Origin: a bacterium
Lineage (GTDB): Bacteria > Patescibacteriota > Andersenbacteria > UBA10190
Length of the DNA stretch: 57,310 nucleotides
Direction: 5' to 3'
NCBI GenBank assembly: GCA_030698495.1
Contig: JAUYKA010000018.1
Coordinates: 1 to 57,310, forward strand
The notes beneath the pieces were generated by a model. The model was given only the letters and a program-made list of their open reading frames with translations. It ran no database searches and was not told where the DNA came from. This document shows positions 20,387-29,444 of the stretch, piece by piece (the first letter of the stretch is position 1; the number at the start of each line of letters is the position of its first letter). A program made the position numbers and the translations under genes.

Positions 20387-21373
20387 CTAGTGCTTACGTT
20401 TAATCACCTTTATAACGGCATCAACCATGGCCGCCGCGTTCAGACGATATTTACGCCACAACTCTTCCGGCTGACCCGATTCGCCAAAACTGTCGCGCAT
20501 ACCCACCATCTCTACCGGCACTGGATAACTTCTGGCCAAAGTCTCCGCCACGGCGCCGCCCAATCCGCCCGCCACTTGGTGTTCCTCGGCCGTAACCACC
20601 GCCCGGCATTCACGCGCCGCCCGTTCCACTGTCTCCTCGTCCATTGGCTTAATACTGGCCATGTTAATAACCCGCACCGATATCCCCTTCTCCACCAACC
20701 GATCCGCCGCCACCAACGCCTCATAAACCAATGGGCCGCAAGCAATTATTACTGCGTCTTTCCCGTCATGCAAAACGCGCGCCTTTCCGACAGTAAAAGG
20801 TGTTTGCGCAGTTGTAAACACCGGCGACTTCTCCCGCGAAAATCGCAAATACACGGGTCCTTTTATCGCCGCCGCCGCATGTGTTGCTTTTCTGGCCTCT
20901 TCCGCGTCGCACGGCGCCAGCACTGTTAAACGGGGCAAAACCCGCGTTAACGCTAAGTCTTCCAGTGCCTGATGTGTCGCTCCGTCCGGCCCCACGGACA
21001 AACCGGCATGGTGTCCGGCCAGCTTCACGTTAGCGTTGTTATAACAAACAGAAATCCTGATCTGATCCCACGTCCGCCCCGGCGAAAAAACGGCGTAAGT
21101 GGAAACAAAAGGAATTTTTCCCTGCAAAGCTAGCCCCACCGCCACTGTCACCATGTTCTGCTCCGCCACGCCCATTTGAATAAACCGGTCCGGATACAAA
21201 TCACGAAACTTTGCCGCTCTGGTCGACTCGGTTAAATCGGCTGATAAAGCCACTACATTGACATTCTTCTCCGCAACTTCCACCAAGCCGATACCGTAAC
21301 CGTCCCGCGTCGGCGCCATCTCAATGTCTTTACCGAAAATATTCCTCTTCAGATGTGATTCTTTAGTGAGCAC
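20387..21373 (-). CDS. Transketolase, C-terminal subunit
   Basis: ADLTEST, GVAEQNM, DGATHQ, GPVYLR and AEEHQ..GGLG. Confidence 0.95.
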   Translation of the reverse strand: MLTKESHLKRNIFGKDIEMAPTRDGYGIGLVEVAEKNVNVVALSADLTESTRAAKFRDLYPDRFIQMGVAEQNMVTVAVGLALQGKIPFVSTYAVFSPGRTWDQIRISVCYNNANVKLAGHHAGLSVGPDGATHQALEDLALTRVLPRLTVLAPCDAEEARKATHAAAAIKGPVYLRFSREKSPVFTTAQTPFTVGKARVLHDGKDAVIIACGPLVYEALVAADRLVEKGISVRVINMASIKPMDEETVERAARECRAVVTAEEHQVAGGLGGAVAETLARSYPVPVEMVGMRDSFGESGQPEELWRKYRLNAAAMVDAVIKVIKRKH

Positions 21374-21410
21374 AACTAGATAATTTATTAATTGAAATAT
21401 TTATTAAAAA

Positions 21411-22265
21411 TTAATAGTGAAGCTGCCGCAGCGCTGCCTCTAACTGTTTGTTTTTCGGCGGTGCTTTTTCCGTATCCAGTCCTCCCGGCGCTACCCCGTG
21501 CCAACGGTAATCTCCTTCCATAAAATCCACTCCTTTGCCGGGAATGGTATGAGCGATTAAACAAACCGGTTTTTCTCCGATAGCCCGCGCTTCCTGACAG
21601 GCGTCGATTATCTGCTCAATATTATGACCGTCTATTTCAATCACGTGCCAACCGAACGCTTCGTAGCGCTCGCGCAACGGTTCCTTGCCCATTACTTTCT
21701 CCGTCGGCCCGTCTATTTGAATATTATTACGGTCAACAATCGCCGTCAGGTGCTGCAGCTTATAATAACCGGCAAAATTAACCGCTTCCCAAGTTGACCC
21801 CTCGTCATGCTCGCCGTCGGATACCACACAATACGTCTGATAGTTTTTTCCATCCATGGCTGCCGCGTAAGCGCATCCGGCCGCGATCGATAACCCCTGC
21901 CCTAGACTAGCTGCTGTCGACTCCACTCCCGGTACCGTCAAGCGGTCGATGTGTCCCTGTAGGCGCGAGCCCAGCTTGCGCAAAGTCTTCAACTCTTCCA
22001 CGGGGAAAAACCCCGCCCGCGCCAGTGCGGCATACCAAATTGGTGCCGTGTGCCCGCAGGATACAAATAACCTATCCCTGTCCGGATCATTCTTGCGGCG
22101 TGGATCAATGTTTAAAACATTAAAATACATGGCGGCGGCAATATCGGCCAAACCCAACGGACCGGCCGTATGTCCAGACCCCGCCTCCGCCAGCATGGTC
22201 ACTACATCCCGGCGCAACGTGTTGGCCATCCGGCTTAAGCTGTCTAGTGTGGTAAGTTTCTTCAT
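21411..22265 (-). CDS. Transketolase, N-terminal subunit
   Basis: SGH, DRDR..SCGH, LQGH, SLGQGL, SDGE..EG..WEA and HTIPGKG. Confidence 0.95.
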   Translation of the reverse strand: MKKLTTLDSLSRMANTLRRDVVTMLAEAGSGHTAGPLGLADIAAAMYFNVLNIDPRRKNDPDRDRLFVSCGHTAPIWYAALARAGFFPVEELKTLRKLGSRLQGHIDRLTVPGVESTAASLGQGLSIAAGCAYAAAMDGKNYQTYCVVSDGEHDEGSTWEAVNFAGYYKLQHLTAIVDRNNIQIDGPTEKVMGKEPLRERYEAFGWHVIEIDGHNIEQIIDACQEARAIGEKPVCLIAHTIPGKGVDFMEGDYRWHGVAPGGLDTEKAPPKNKQLEAALRQLHY

Positions 22266-22301
22266 TATCCCTCCATTATATCACGTCTGTTTCCTGCTTC
22301 C

Positions 22302-22739
22302 CTAAATATCTGTCCATTTTATCTCTTTCCAGTCTGGTTCTATTTCTCTTTCATTACTTTCCCACCACAACTGGCAACCGAATTTTATATTGGGGCAATA
22401 TTTATGTGCCTTTAACCTTAACTCCCTTTCCCCCATAAGCTCCTTGCCTAGTTCAGGAAAGTTTTCTTTTGCCCATTCCAGTAAATCCATCGCTATTAGC
22501 AAGTCGTGTTTTCTCATCCGGTGATCTTCTGCTTCGCTGGCCCGGCCGGAAAAACTCATTATCGTGGTTGTAATATCCGCGCTAGACAAGCTTGGCTTTA
22601 TAATACCCGCTTCTTGCAAAACACCTTTATAATCTGGTAACTTTCCTGTCCTTATATCCGCAAAATCCAATCGCCTTTCCTCGTCAACGGGCGGTTCTTC
22701 TTTTGCCTTTTCTAATATCGGTGCTGTTTCTATGGACAT
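22302..22739 (-). CDS. Hypothetical protein
   Basis: 145-aa ORF packed between rpe and transketolase. Confidence 0.65.
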   Translation of the reverse strand: MSIETAPILEKAKEEPPVDEERRLDFADIRTGKLPDYKGVLQEAGIIKPSLSSADITTTIMSFSGRASEAEDHRMRKHDLLIAMDLLEWAKENFPELGKELMGERELRLKAHKYCPNIKFGCQLWWESNEREIEPDWKEIKWTDI

Positions 22740-22744
22740 ACAGT

Positions 22745-23410
22745 CTATAACGCCGCCTCGGCCAGCAACTGCAACTGCTTCAAATTCTCTTGCGGTTCTC
22801 CACTGCCGAAGATAGCCGTGTTTGTGTACAACAGGCTCGCACCGCTTTTAACGTAATATCCGATAGTTTCCTTATCGACATGGCCATCAACCGCGATTCT
22901 TGCCTCCTTATTTTTAGCTCTAAACTCCGCTATTTTATTGAAAATCCTCGGATCTATTTCTTGATTGGCAAAACCGGGCATATAACCCAAAAAAGTCACA
23001 AAATCAATCATGCTCAAATGTTCTTCCAGCCAAATCATGGGACTATCCGGATTAAGCGCCAACGACAATTCCGACTGCGTGGCCGAACGTAATTTTTCAT
23101 AAACCATCTTTGTATCACCGGTCCCTTCAAAGGCTTCGATATGAAAAATACAGCGCGCCGGGTTTAGATCAATAACGTCATCCACATAATTAGCCGGTGT
23201 GTGCACCATTAAATGCAGATCGGTTTTTTGACTTTCCACTAATTGTTTTAAGCGCCGAATATCTCTAAAAGAACCGTCTCCGGCAAACACACCGTCCGTA
23301 ATATCAACTTGAATATGATTGGTGCCGTGGCGCACCTTCTCCCAGTCTTCTTCCAGCTTCTCGTAAGTTTTACGCAAAATCGCCGGCACCACTTCCACAC
23401 TTTGTTGCAT
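22745..23410 (-). CDS. rpe: Ribulose-phosphate 3-epimerase
   Basis: HIQVDITDGVF, DLHLMV, FHIE, LNP, PGF..Q and VDG. Confidence 0.88.
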   Translation of the reverse strand: MQQSVEVVPAILRKTYEKLEEDWEKVRHGTNHIQVDITDGVFAGDGSFRDIRRLKQLVESQKTDLHLMVHTPANYVDDVIDLNPARCIFHIEAFEGTGDTKMVYEKLRSATQSELSLALNPDSPMIWLEEHLSMIDFVTFLGYMPGFANQEIDPRIFNKIAEFRAKNKEARIAVDGHVDKETIGYYVKSGASLLYTNTAIFGSGEPQENLKQLQLLAEAAL

Positions 23411-23450
23411 AAGATAATAATTTTATTTATAAAATACCATTCTAAATAAC

Positions 23451-23906
23451 CTAAAGAACATCGCGACATTCATATGCGCTAATTTCATTCAAACGCCTTT
23501 GGTGACGCTCGTTATTAACAAACGCGGTGTCTAAAAATACCCGCACTACTTCTTTTGCCTGCTCTAAAGAAATAAAATCAGCGCCCAGAGCCAGTACGTT
23601 CATGTTATCATCGCTTCTGCCGATCTTAACAATTTCCACATCATGCACCAGGCCGGTGCGTACACTCCTTACCTTATTAGCCGCTACCGCCATACCGATA
23701 CCGGAGCCGCAAACTCCAACACCGAAACTACCCGGCTCGGCTTCCACCGCCTCGCCCAGCTTTATCCCATACTGCGAGTAGTCGTCATCCTCAACCAAAC
23801 TTTCCGCTCCCAAATCCACTACTTCCCTACCCTCTTCCTCAAGCCAAGACTTAAGTTCCTCCTTTAATGTAAACCCCCGATGATCCGCCGCTAAAAATAC
23901 TTTCAT
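23451..23906 (-). CDS. rpiB: Ribose-5-phosphate isomerase B
   Basis: AADHRG..LK, CGSGIG..AANK, NMNVLALG and RHQRR. Confidence 0.93.
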   Translation of the reverse strand: MKVFLAADHRGFTLKEELKSWLEEEGREVVDLGAESLVEDDDYSQYGIKLGEAVEAEPGSFGVGVCGSGIGMAVAANKVRSVRTGLVHDVEIVKIGRSDDNMNVLALGADFISLEQAKEVVRVFLDTAFVNNERHQRRLNEISAYECRDVL

Positions 23907-23950
23907 ACTCTTAACACTATCAAAACGCTACCAAAAAAACCACAGTGCCT

Positions 23951-23984
23951 AAACGGCTCACCCGTACGGATGAGCCGTTTTTTT
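23951..23984. terminator. Stem-loop (terminator-like)
   Basis: aaacggctca-cccgtacgga-tgagccgttttttt. Confidence 0.55.
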
Positions 23985-24064
23985 GACAATCGCCTTGCCA
24001 CCGCTGATAGTAGAGGAAAACTATTATCAGGCGCATTAACGCCAAAAACCACCAATTAAAGCCT

Positions 24065-24661
24065 ATGCCTCCATTTTCTCCTCTCATTATTATCGTTGCC
24101 GTAACGGCCGCCGTTGCCTTGGCTGTTGTTGCCGGCATTTCCTTAAATAACACAACTACATTAAACCTCACTTCTTCTCGTGTCTCATCAACACCGGCCG
24201 CGCCTTTACCGTCAAATCAACCCGGTACAATCGCGGCCTCCCAACCACCGATTTCATCTGGCAATCATTCAACCACCCCCACCATAACAGCTACCCCCTC
24301 GCTCACCCCGAACCCCCCAGACACATCATCCAACGAAGCAATCAGTATTGTATTCTTCGATACACCCTCAACCGTCGCCTCCGGCCAAACGTTCACCGTT
24401 AACTGGCGGGTTACCGGCCCGTCTGGCATCTTGGGAGACAACGCCACTATAAAAACATCTTATCATGTCAGCTCTTCCTCCGGCGGCTCCAGCTCCAACG
24501 TCAACACCGACAACTCCAACTCTTTCGGCTCGTTCACTATCCCTAAAACTTTTTCCAGTAATTACACCTTCACCGGCCCCGGCGCTGTCGAAGTAACCAT
24601 CTCCGCCGCCATAGACGATAAAACCGTCAGCACCAGTAAAACCATCACACTGACCGACTAA
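24065..24661 (+). CDS. Membrane-anchored Ser/Thr/Pro-rich protein with a beta-sandwich-like C-domain
   Basis: TM, low-complexity stalk and beta-rich tail. Confidence 0.75.
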   Translation: MPPFSPLIIIVAVTAAVALAVVAGISLNNTTTLNLTSSRVSSTPAAPLPSNQPGTIAASQPPISSGNHSTTPTITATPSLTPNPPDTSSNEAISIVFFDTPSTVASGQTFTVNWRVTGPSGILGDNATIKTSYHVSSSSGGSSSNVNTDNSNSFGSFTIPKTFSSNYTFTGPGAVEVTISAAIDDKTVSTSKTITLTD

Positions 24662-24703
24662 AACTTATCTCAAAAATAATTCTCCCCCTTGATTTTAACC
24701 ATC

Positions 24704-25060
24704 TCAACCGGCTTTTTTCTTCTGCCACCAACTTGCTAAATATAAAACCCCAACCAATGCCGCCGGACCGGCAATAAAAGCATACCAACTCCAGGGCCGA
24801 TCAAAACCTACCATCCGCACATAAAAAACGGCTGCGGCCAGAAATACCGCCGCACCCACCAAATCGTGCTTCCAGGCCACTACCATAACCGCCAACAAAA
24901 CAAACGAAGGCAGAAGATGCATAAACAGCGCCAGTAATACTTGCCAGCCGCTATATTCCCCGAACACATCTAAAGCAAAAATCGATAGAAACAAAACGAA
25001 AGCCACACTTAAGATCCGCGGCAACCAATAAGCTATTTTTTTTATATTAACTCCCATCAC
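24704..25060 (-). CDS. Four-TM membrane protein
   Basis: W.PRIL...FLSIFALDVF...MHLLP hydrophobic pattern. Confidence 0.75.
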   Translation of the reverse strand: MMGVNIKKIAYWLPRILSVAFVLFLSIFALDVFGEYSGWQVLLALFMHLLPSFVLLAVMVVAWKHDLVGAAVFLAAAVFYVRMVGFDRPWSWYAFIAGPAALVGVLYLASWWQKKKAG

Positions 25061-25221
25061 TATCTCTTTAATTCACTAATTATATATTAACCTGCCAACA
25101 AATTATAGTTCACTCGCTACACCGCGTTTGACTATCCAATAACTAAGCGGTATAATAATAAAACGGTTTTCGAACAAGCCGGATAATGTACCATCACAAT
25201 TCACGAACAAAAGAGGTAGTC

Positions 25222-26280
25222 ATGAACACTGCATTAAGACTGACACACCTGCTTCACGTTGTTGATCAACTGCCTGAAAATCAACCTATTAGAGCAATCA
25301 TCACCCAAGTCGACCCGGACGCCATGGGTGCCGCCGCCGGGTTCCGCCATCTTCTTAGTGTCACCAGCCAACACCCCGTACGCGCTGAATATTGTGGATC
25401 TATTGGTCATCCCCAAAACAAATTCCTGTTTACCAAATACGATCTCCGTCGATTCATGCAGCCGGTTCTCACGGGGCAAACGGTGCCGCCCTCAAAAGAC
25501 CCTATGGCGCTCATAGACTCGTGCTCGACCAGGGATAGCAGACTGATACAATATTACCCGGGTATCAAACCAATTATTGTCATTGACCATCATCGTGGGT
25601 CGGACATTGCCCCGGAAACGCCGAACCATTTCATCTGGATCGAAAACGTTGGTGCCGCCTGTACGCTTGTCGTTGAGCTATTACAAGAAGCCAAATGCGA
25701 TTTATCGCCGGAAGAACACCAATGGCTCGCCGTTTTATTGGCGTTAGGCATCTATACGGATACCAAAGGACTCGTGTCCGCCTGTTCTCGGGATCGTGCC
25801 GCCTACGCTTGGGCTATGAACTTCACTGACAACCGGGAGTTGATGGCACTTATTAACTACCCCATTTCCGAGTCGTATTACAGCCGTCTCGGACGAGCCA
25901 TCAGCACCAAGGTTACAAGAGGCCCCCACCTTCTCACCGGCATCGGTTATGTTGATCCGGGCAATGGTGACGACGTCTCCAGTGTTGCCGATCTACTTAT
26001 GCGCATGGAAGGCATTACCCTAATAATCGTCTGGGCTATTATTGGCAACACTGTACGCATTAGCGCTCGCAGCGCTGACGCCAGTTTTCCGCTCGACACT
26101 TTCATGAAAGAGAAATTCGGCCCCGGCTCCGGCTCAAAAATCACCCCGGACGGACACGGTGAAGGCGGCGCCCGCCTGGAACTGCCGTTGCCCGGCATCT
26201 GGTTTTCTCCATCGGTCAAAGACGATTATAACATAGTCGTCGCCAGGCGCCTTGAAGAAATCATCTTCAGTGCAGAATGA
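25222..26280 (+). CDS. DHH-family phosphoesterase (NrnA-like)
   Basis: DPDA, IDS, IDHH, GIYTDT and ISARS; GAGGT SD before 25222. Confidence 0.88.
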   Translation: MNTALRLTHLLHVVDQLPENQPIRAIITQVDPDAMGAAAGFRHLLSVTSQHPVRAEYCGSIGHPQNKFLFTKYDLRRFMQPVLTGQTVPPSKDPMALIDSCSTRDSRLIQYYPGIKPIIVIDHHRGSDIAPETPNHFIWIENVGAACTLVVELLQEAKCDLSPEEHQWLAVLLALGIYTDTKGLVSACSRDRAAYAWAMNFTDNRELMALINYPISESYYSRLGRAISTKVTRGPHLLTGIGYVDPGNGDDVSSVADLLMRMEGITLIIVWAIIGNTVRISARSADASFPLDTFMKEKFGPGSGSKITPDGHGEGGARLELPLPGIWFSPSVKDDYNIVVARRLEEIIFSAE

Positions 26281-26297
26281 CCCTAGCACTTTACTCC

Positions 26298-26330
26298 AAG
26301 ACCGCCCGTCTCACCCCGCGCGGTCTTTTT
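26298..26330 (+). terminator. Intrinsic terminator
   Basis: aagaccgc...gcggtcttttt. Confidence 0.7.
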
Positions 26331-26374
26331 CTTTCACAAAAAAAGAAAGCCGAATAACAATTCCAGCTTTCTGT

Positions 26375-27064
26375 TTACTCGCACCTTTCCAGATTGTCAG
26401 ATATGGCGCGTAGTTTTTTCAATGCCGGCAGGCAATCCTCTACCCGATACTTCAGTGGGCTCATGCCGCAAGGCAACGTCAAGAAGTCTCCGGTCTGAAA
26501 ATCCTTAACATCCTCAAGTCTTTCAACGCCCCACACTATCCTTTTATTACCCCGGTATTGCGGATACCCGGTCACGTCGAATTGCGAAGCGTCAAAGCTA
26601 ATTACCCTAACAACATCAGACCGAAACAAAACATCCCAGTCCATGTTGCCGCAACAATGAACGCCGGCGGTTACTGGAAACGATTCGAATATGGGTGCCC
26701 ACAACTCTTCAAATTTCAAGCCGCTTTGTCCCAACGACGGCTCATCCAAAAACAGAATCACCTCGTCCGCCTTAAGCTTGCCCATAATAACCGACACATG
26801 CTCGACTATTCTCGCCACCGCTTCGTCCGGACTATACCCGACCGAAACCAGCGTTGTCGGCCCCACGCATTGTATTTTAACGCAGGAAAAACGGTGCCGG
26901 GAAAACTCATCCAGACAACTCAACCTGCCCGGATGTTTAATATACTCAAGCATCAAGTCTCCAAGCTTGGGCAGCTCCGGCAGAAACGGAATCTCGTGCT
27001 CCAAGCTATAGTGAATAGCCTCTTCTACGTTGTCGTACGGTAATGAGCCGATTTGTGTAATCAT
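26375..27064 (-). CDS. Short single-barrel MetE-like (core methionine synthase-like) protein
   Basis: TQIGSLP, PFLPELP, KIQCVGP.TL, FLDEP, GVHCCGN.DW, ISFDA and TLPCG (HxC...C zinc set). Confidence 0.75.
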   Translation of the reverse strand: MITQIGSLPYDNVEEAIHYSLEHEIPFLPELPKLGDLMLEYIKHPGRLSCLDEFSRHRFSCVKIQCVGPTTLVSVGYSPDEAVARIVEHVSVIMGKLKADEVILFLDEPSLGQSGLKFEELWAPIFESFPVTAGVHCCGNMDWDVLFRSDVVRVISFDASQFDVTGYPQYRGNKRIVWGVERLEDVKDFQTGDFLTLPCGMSPLKYRVEDCLPALKKLRAISDNLERCE

Positions 27065-27185
27065 ATCAACTTCCCTATTCGATTGTTAATGTAGACTGTA
27101 GTTACGCGCAAAGAACAGCTCCAATGTAGAGAACATAATAAGTCCCTTAACAACCTCGCGTCAACAGCAACCGCAAAAACCTTAA

Positions 27186-27554
27186 TTACAGCCGCCCAAT
27201 CTTCTGTTCGTGACGCTGAACTGATTCCTTCACTATTTCCATGTCGACTGTCAGCTGACCGGTTTGTTCAAAAATAACATCCACTTTTTCTGTCATATGA
27301 TCCATCCTTTCTGTCATGTTGTCCATCCTTTCTGTCATACCATCCATCCTCCCCGTCATATCATCCATCCTCCCCGTCATATGATCCATCCTTTCTGTGA
27401 GGTGAGAGATGTTTTCTTTTATGGTAGATATGTCATCAGAAATAATCTCGAGCTTGTAATCTGTGTTTTTAGTAAGCCCTTCAATCTTATCGTCAGTATG
27501 TTTAGCATGTTTTGCTAAAATTTCTTCTAGTCCTTTTCTATCAATTTTATCCAT
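27186..27554 (-). CDS. Coiled-coil protein with internal heptad tandem repeats
   Basis: xMT(E/G)RMD repeated about six times. Confidence 0.75.
   Translation of the reverse strand: MDKIDRKGLEEILAKHAKHTDDKIEGLTKNTDYKLEIISDDISTIKENISHLTERMDHMTGRMDDMTGRMDGMTERMDNMTERMDHMTEKVDVIFEQTGQLTVDMEIVKESVQRHEQKIGRL
27287..27405. repeat. 21-bp coding tandem repeat (about 5.5 units)
   Basis: tttctgtcatatgatccatcc-type units. Confidence 0.9.
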
Positions 27555-27644
27555 GGCCCAATGATACTGTATTTACAAGAACGTCGCAATTTAATAAGCC
27601 ACCCTTGATATATGGATGGCTTATTTAGTAGTTGATTATTACAA

Positions 27645-28481
27645 CTAACTTGTCTTTGCAATGATTTCCTCCGCTAATCCTGGGTACGGGGTCAGCAGGA
27701 CTTCCATTCCAATGTGATTCTCATACGACAGTGGCCGACCATCAGGGAAGAAAGCGACACTATCCTGAATTTCTGGAGACACCATTTCCCTCATGAAAAG
27801 ATGCCCAGCAGCGAAGTCCCAGACACAGGCGCTACGCTCGGGGATGTGGATGTTCAAGTAGGCATCAATTTCGCCTTGCACGAGCTCATAAACGCTGTAG
27901 ACGGCGGAGAGATTGGCATGGCTGCCTCTGGCGGCCGTAATCAGCGCCAGCTGTTTTTGAGCGCGCGTCTCATCAAGGTAGTACCACTCAACCCCAATTA
28001 CAGATTGATTGAGAGGCACGGTACCGCTGGCGGCTTGCCGTTGGCCGTTGACGAAGCACCCGCCTCCTCGGGAGGCGGTAATCATCACATCAATCACCGG
28101 GAGAAAGACTGCTCCGGCAACCGGCTGATTATCTTTTATCAGGCAAGCAGTCGTGCCCCACTTAAAAGACTTATGGCGAGTGAAATTGGTTGTACCATCA
28201 ATAGGATCAACGACAATTTTGTCACCGGCACGAGCTAGCTTCTCAAGCTCTCGGCGAGTTTTACCTTCCTCGCCAATAAGGGTAACTCCGGGAAATTTCG
28301 GACCCAGAGCATCAAAGATGAGCCGCTGCACGGCCGGGTCAACTTCGGTCAGGATATCTCTCGGATCTCCTCCTTTAGTAGTGATGTCAGCAGCGCTGAC
28401 GCCCGGACGCATTTGCAGTGCTAGCTGCCCGCCACGTTTGACGGCATCTCTGATGATTTCTAGCTCGCGTTCATAAGACAT
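27645..28481 (-). CDS. Inositol monophosphatase family protein
   Basis: TEVD, IGEE, VDPIDGTTNF and WDFAAG. Confidence 0.92.
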   Translation of the reverse strand: MSYERELEIIRDAVKRGGQLALQMRPGVSAADITTKGGDPRDILTEVDPAVQRLIFDALGPKFPGVTLIGEEGKTRRELEKLARAGDKIVVDPIDGTTNFTRHKSFKWGTTACLIKDNQPVAGAVFLPVIDVMITASRGGGCFVNGQRQAASGTVPLNQSVIGVEWYYLDETRAQKQLALITAARGSHANLSAVYSVYELVQGEIDAYLNIHIPERSACVWDFAAGHLFMREMVSPEIQDSVAFFPDGRPLSYENHIGMEVLLTPYPGLAEEIIAKTS

Positions 28482-28642
28482 AGAAGTCTCCTTATACTGA
28501 AATTGTAACAGGTGCAGTCAACTTTCCTACACTTGGCTACACTAAATAATGAAAGGTAAACTGTCAACGACATCCACTTGTTCCGAATGGCGCGTGAACT
28601 TAGAACCGTTATTTTGAACGGCTGGCACTCCTACAAAATGGA

Positions 28643-28963
28643 TTAAATATTATGCTCTAATAATTTCTCTGCCGGGGAGATACCGCCAATGGCCTCGTGC
28701 GGGAAATAATTCCAGGCGTCGGTTACCAACTCGAGAATATTACTCAATTCCGAAGCGTCTCCGCCCCGATCAAACATCGCCACGACTTTCATCATGTCGT
28801 CCTGATCTTCTTCGTAAAAAATAACGTCTTTGACGTGACCAAGAGAAAAAGGGCTTTGGGTTTCAACAAGCATGTCCACAATTTCTTGCTCGATTTCTTT
28901 TTGGCGTTCAATAATTTGCCTGCCCCGAGCCGAGTTTAAGGGTTGTTTCGATTCGATTTTCAT
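28643..28963 (-). CDS. Hypothetical protein
   Basis: 106 aa with DAWNYFPH..GG.SP.E motif. Confidence 0.7.
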   Translation of the reverse strand: MKIESKQPLNSARGRQIIERQKEIEQEIVDMLVETQSPFSLGHVKDVIFYEEDQDDMMKVVAMFDRGGDASELSNILELVTDAWNYFPHEAIGGISPAEKLLEHNI

Positions 28964-29011
28964 AAAGTTACTTTAGTCAAAACACCAGCAGAATACAAAG
29001 ACAAATTAATG

Positions 29012-29082
29012 TTCCGGGACAGGGATTCGAACCCCGATTTTCAGGTTCAGAGCCTGACGTCCTGCCTTTAGACGATCCCGGA
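29012..29082 (-). tRNA. tRNA-Gln(CTG)
   Basis: Cloverleaf TCCGGGA/TCCCGGA; TCAGG-CTCTGAA-CCTGA; TTCGAAT loop. Confidence 0.96.
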
Positions 29083-29226
29083 ATATGATTATCTAACCAC
29101 AAAATGACAATACAGAATATTCTTTTATTCTGCAAAAGAAGTTGTTTTTGTAATTTTCCTGTTGATATTCTTATATTTCAAGCAGTACAGTATAAAAGTC
29201 ACCGCCCCGCAATATACGGGAATGAC

Positions 29227-29299
29227 GCGCTTGTAGCTCAGTGGATAGAGCGTTGGCCTCCGAAGCCAAAGGCCGCAGGTTCGAATCCTGCCAAGCGCA
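29227..29299 (+). tRNA. tRNA-Arg(CCG)
   Basis: GCGCTTG/CAAGCGC; TTGGC-CTCCGAA-GCCAA; GGTTCGAATCC. Confidence 0.96.
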
Positions 29300-29444
29300 C
29301 TCTTTGAACGGTCGCCTTGGGCGACCTTTCTCATATTCGTTTCCTTGTTTCAAAGAACTTTGAGCGAATCCCGCAGCAGCGGGATGAGTCGAAAAGCTGC
29401 TTCTCCAAAAACATCAGGCTCTTCTCTGTGATATAATCAAATCC

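Noticed and set aside
27287-27405. Possible CRISPR array
   Set aside because: Contiguous 21-bp units with no spacers, in frame in an ORF; no cas genes in the window.
29104-29353. Short ORFs over tRNA-Arg (also 33298-33495 over tRNA-Thr)
   Set aside because: They overlap clear tRNA genes.
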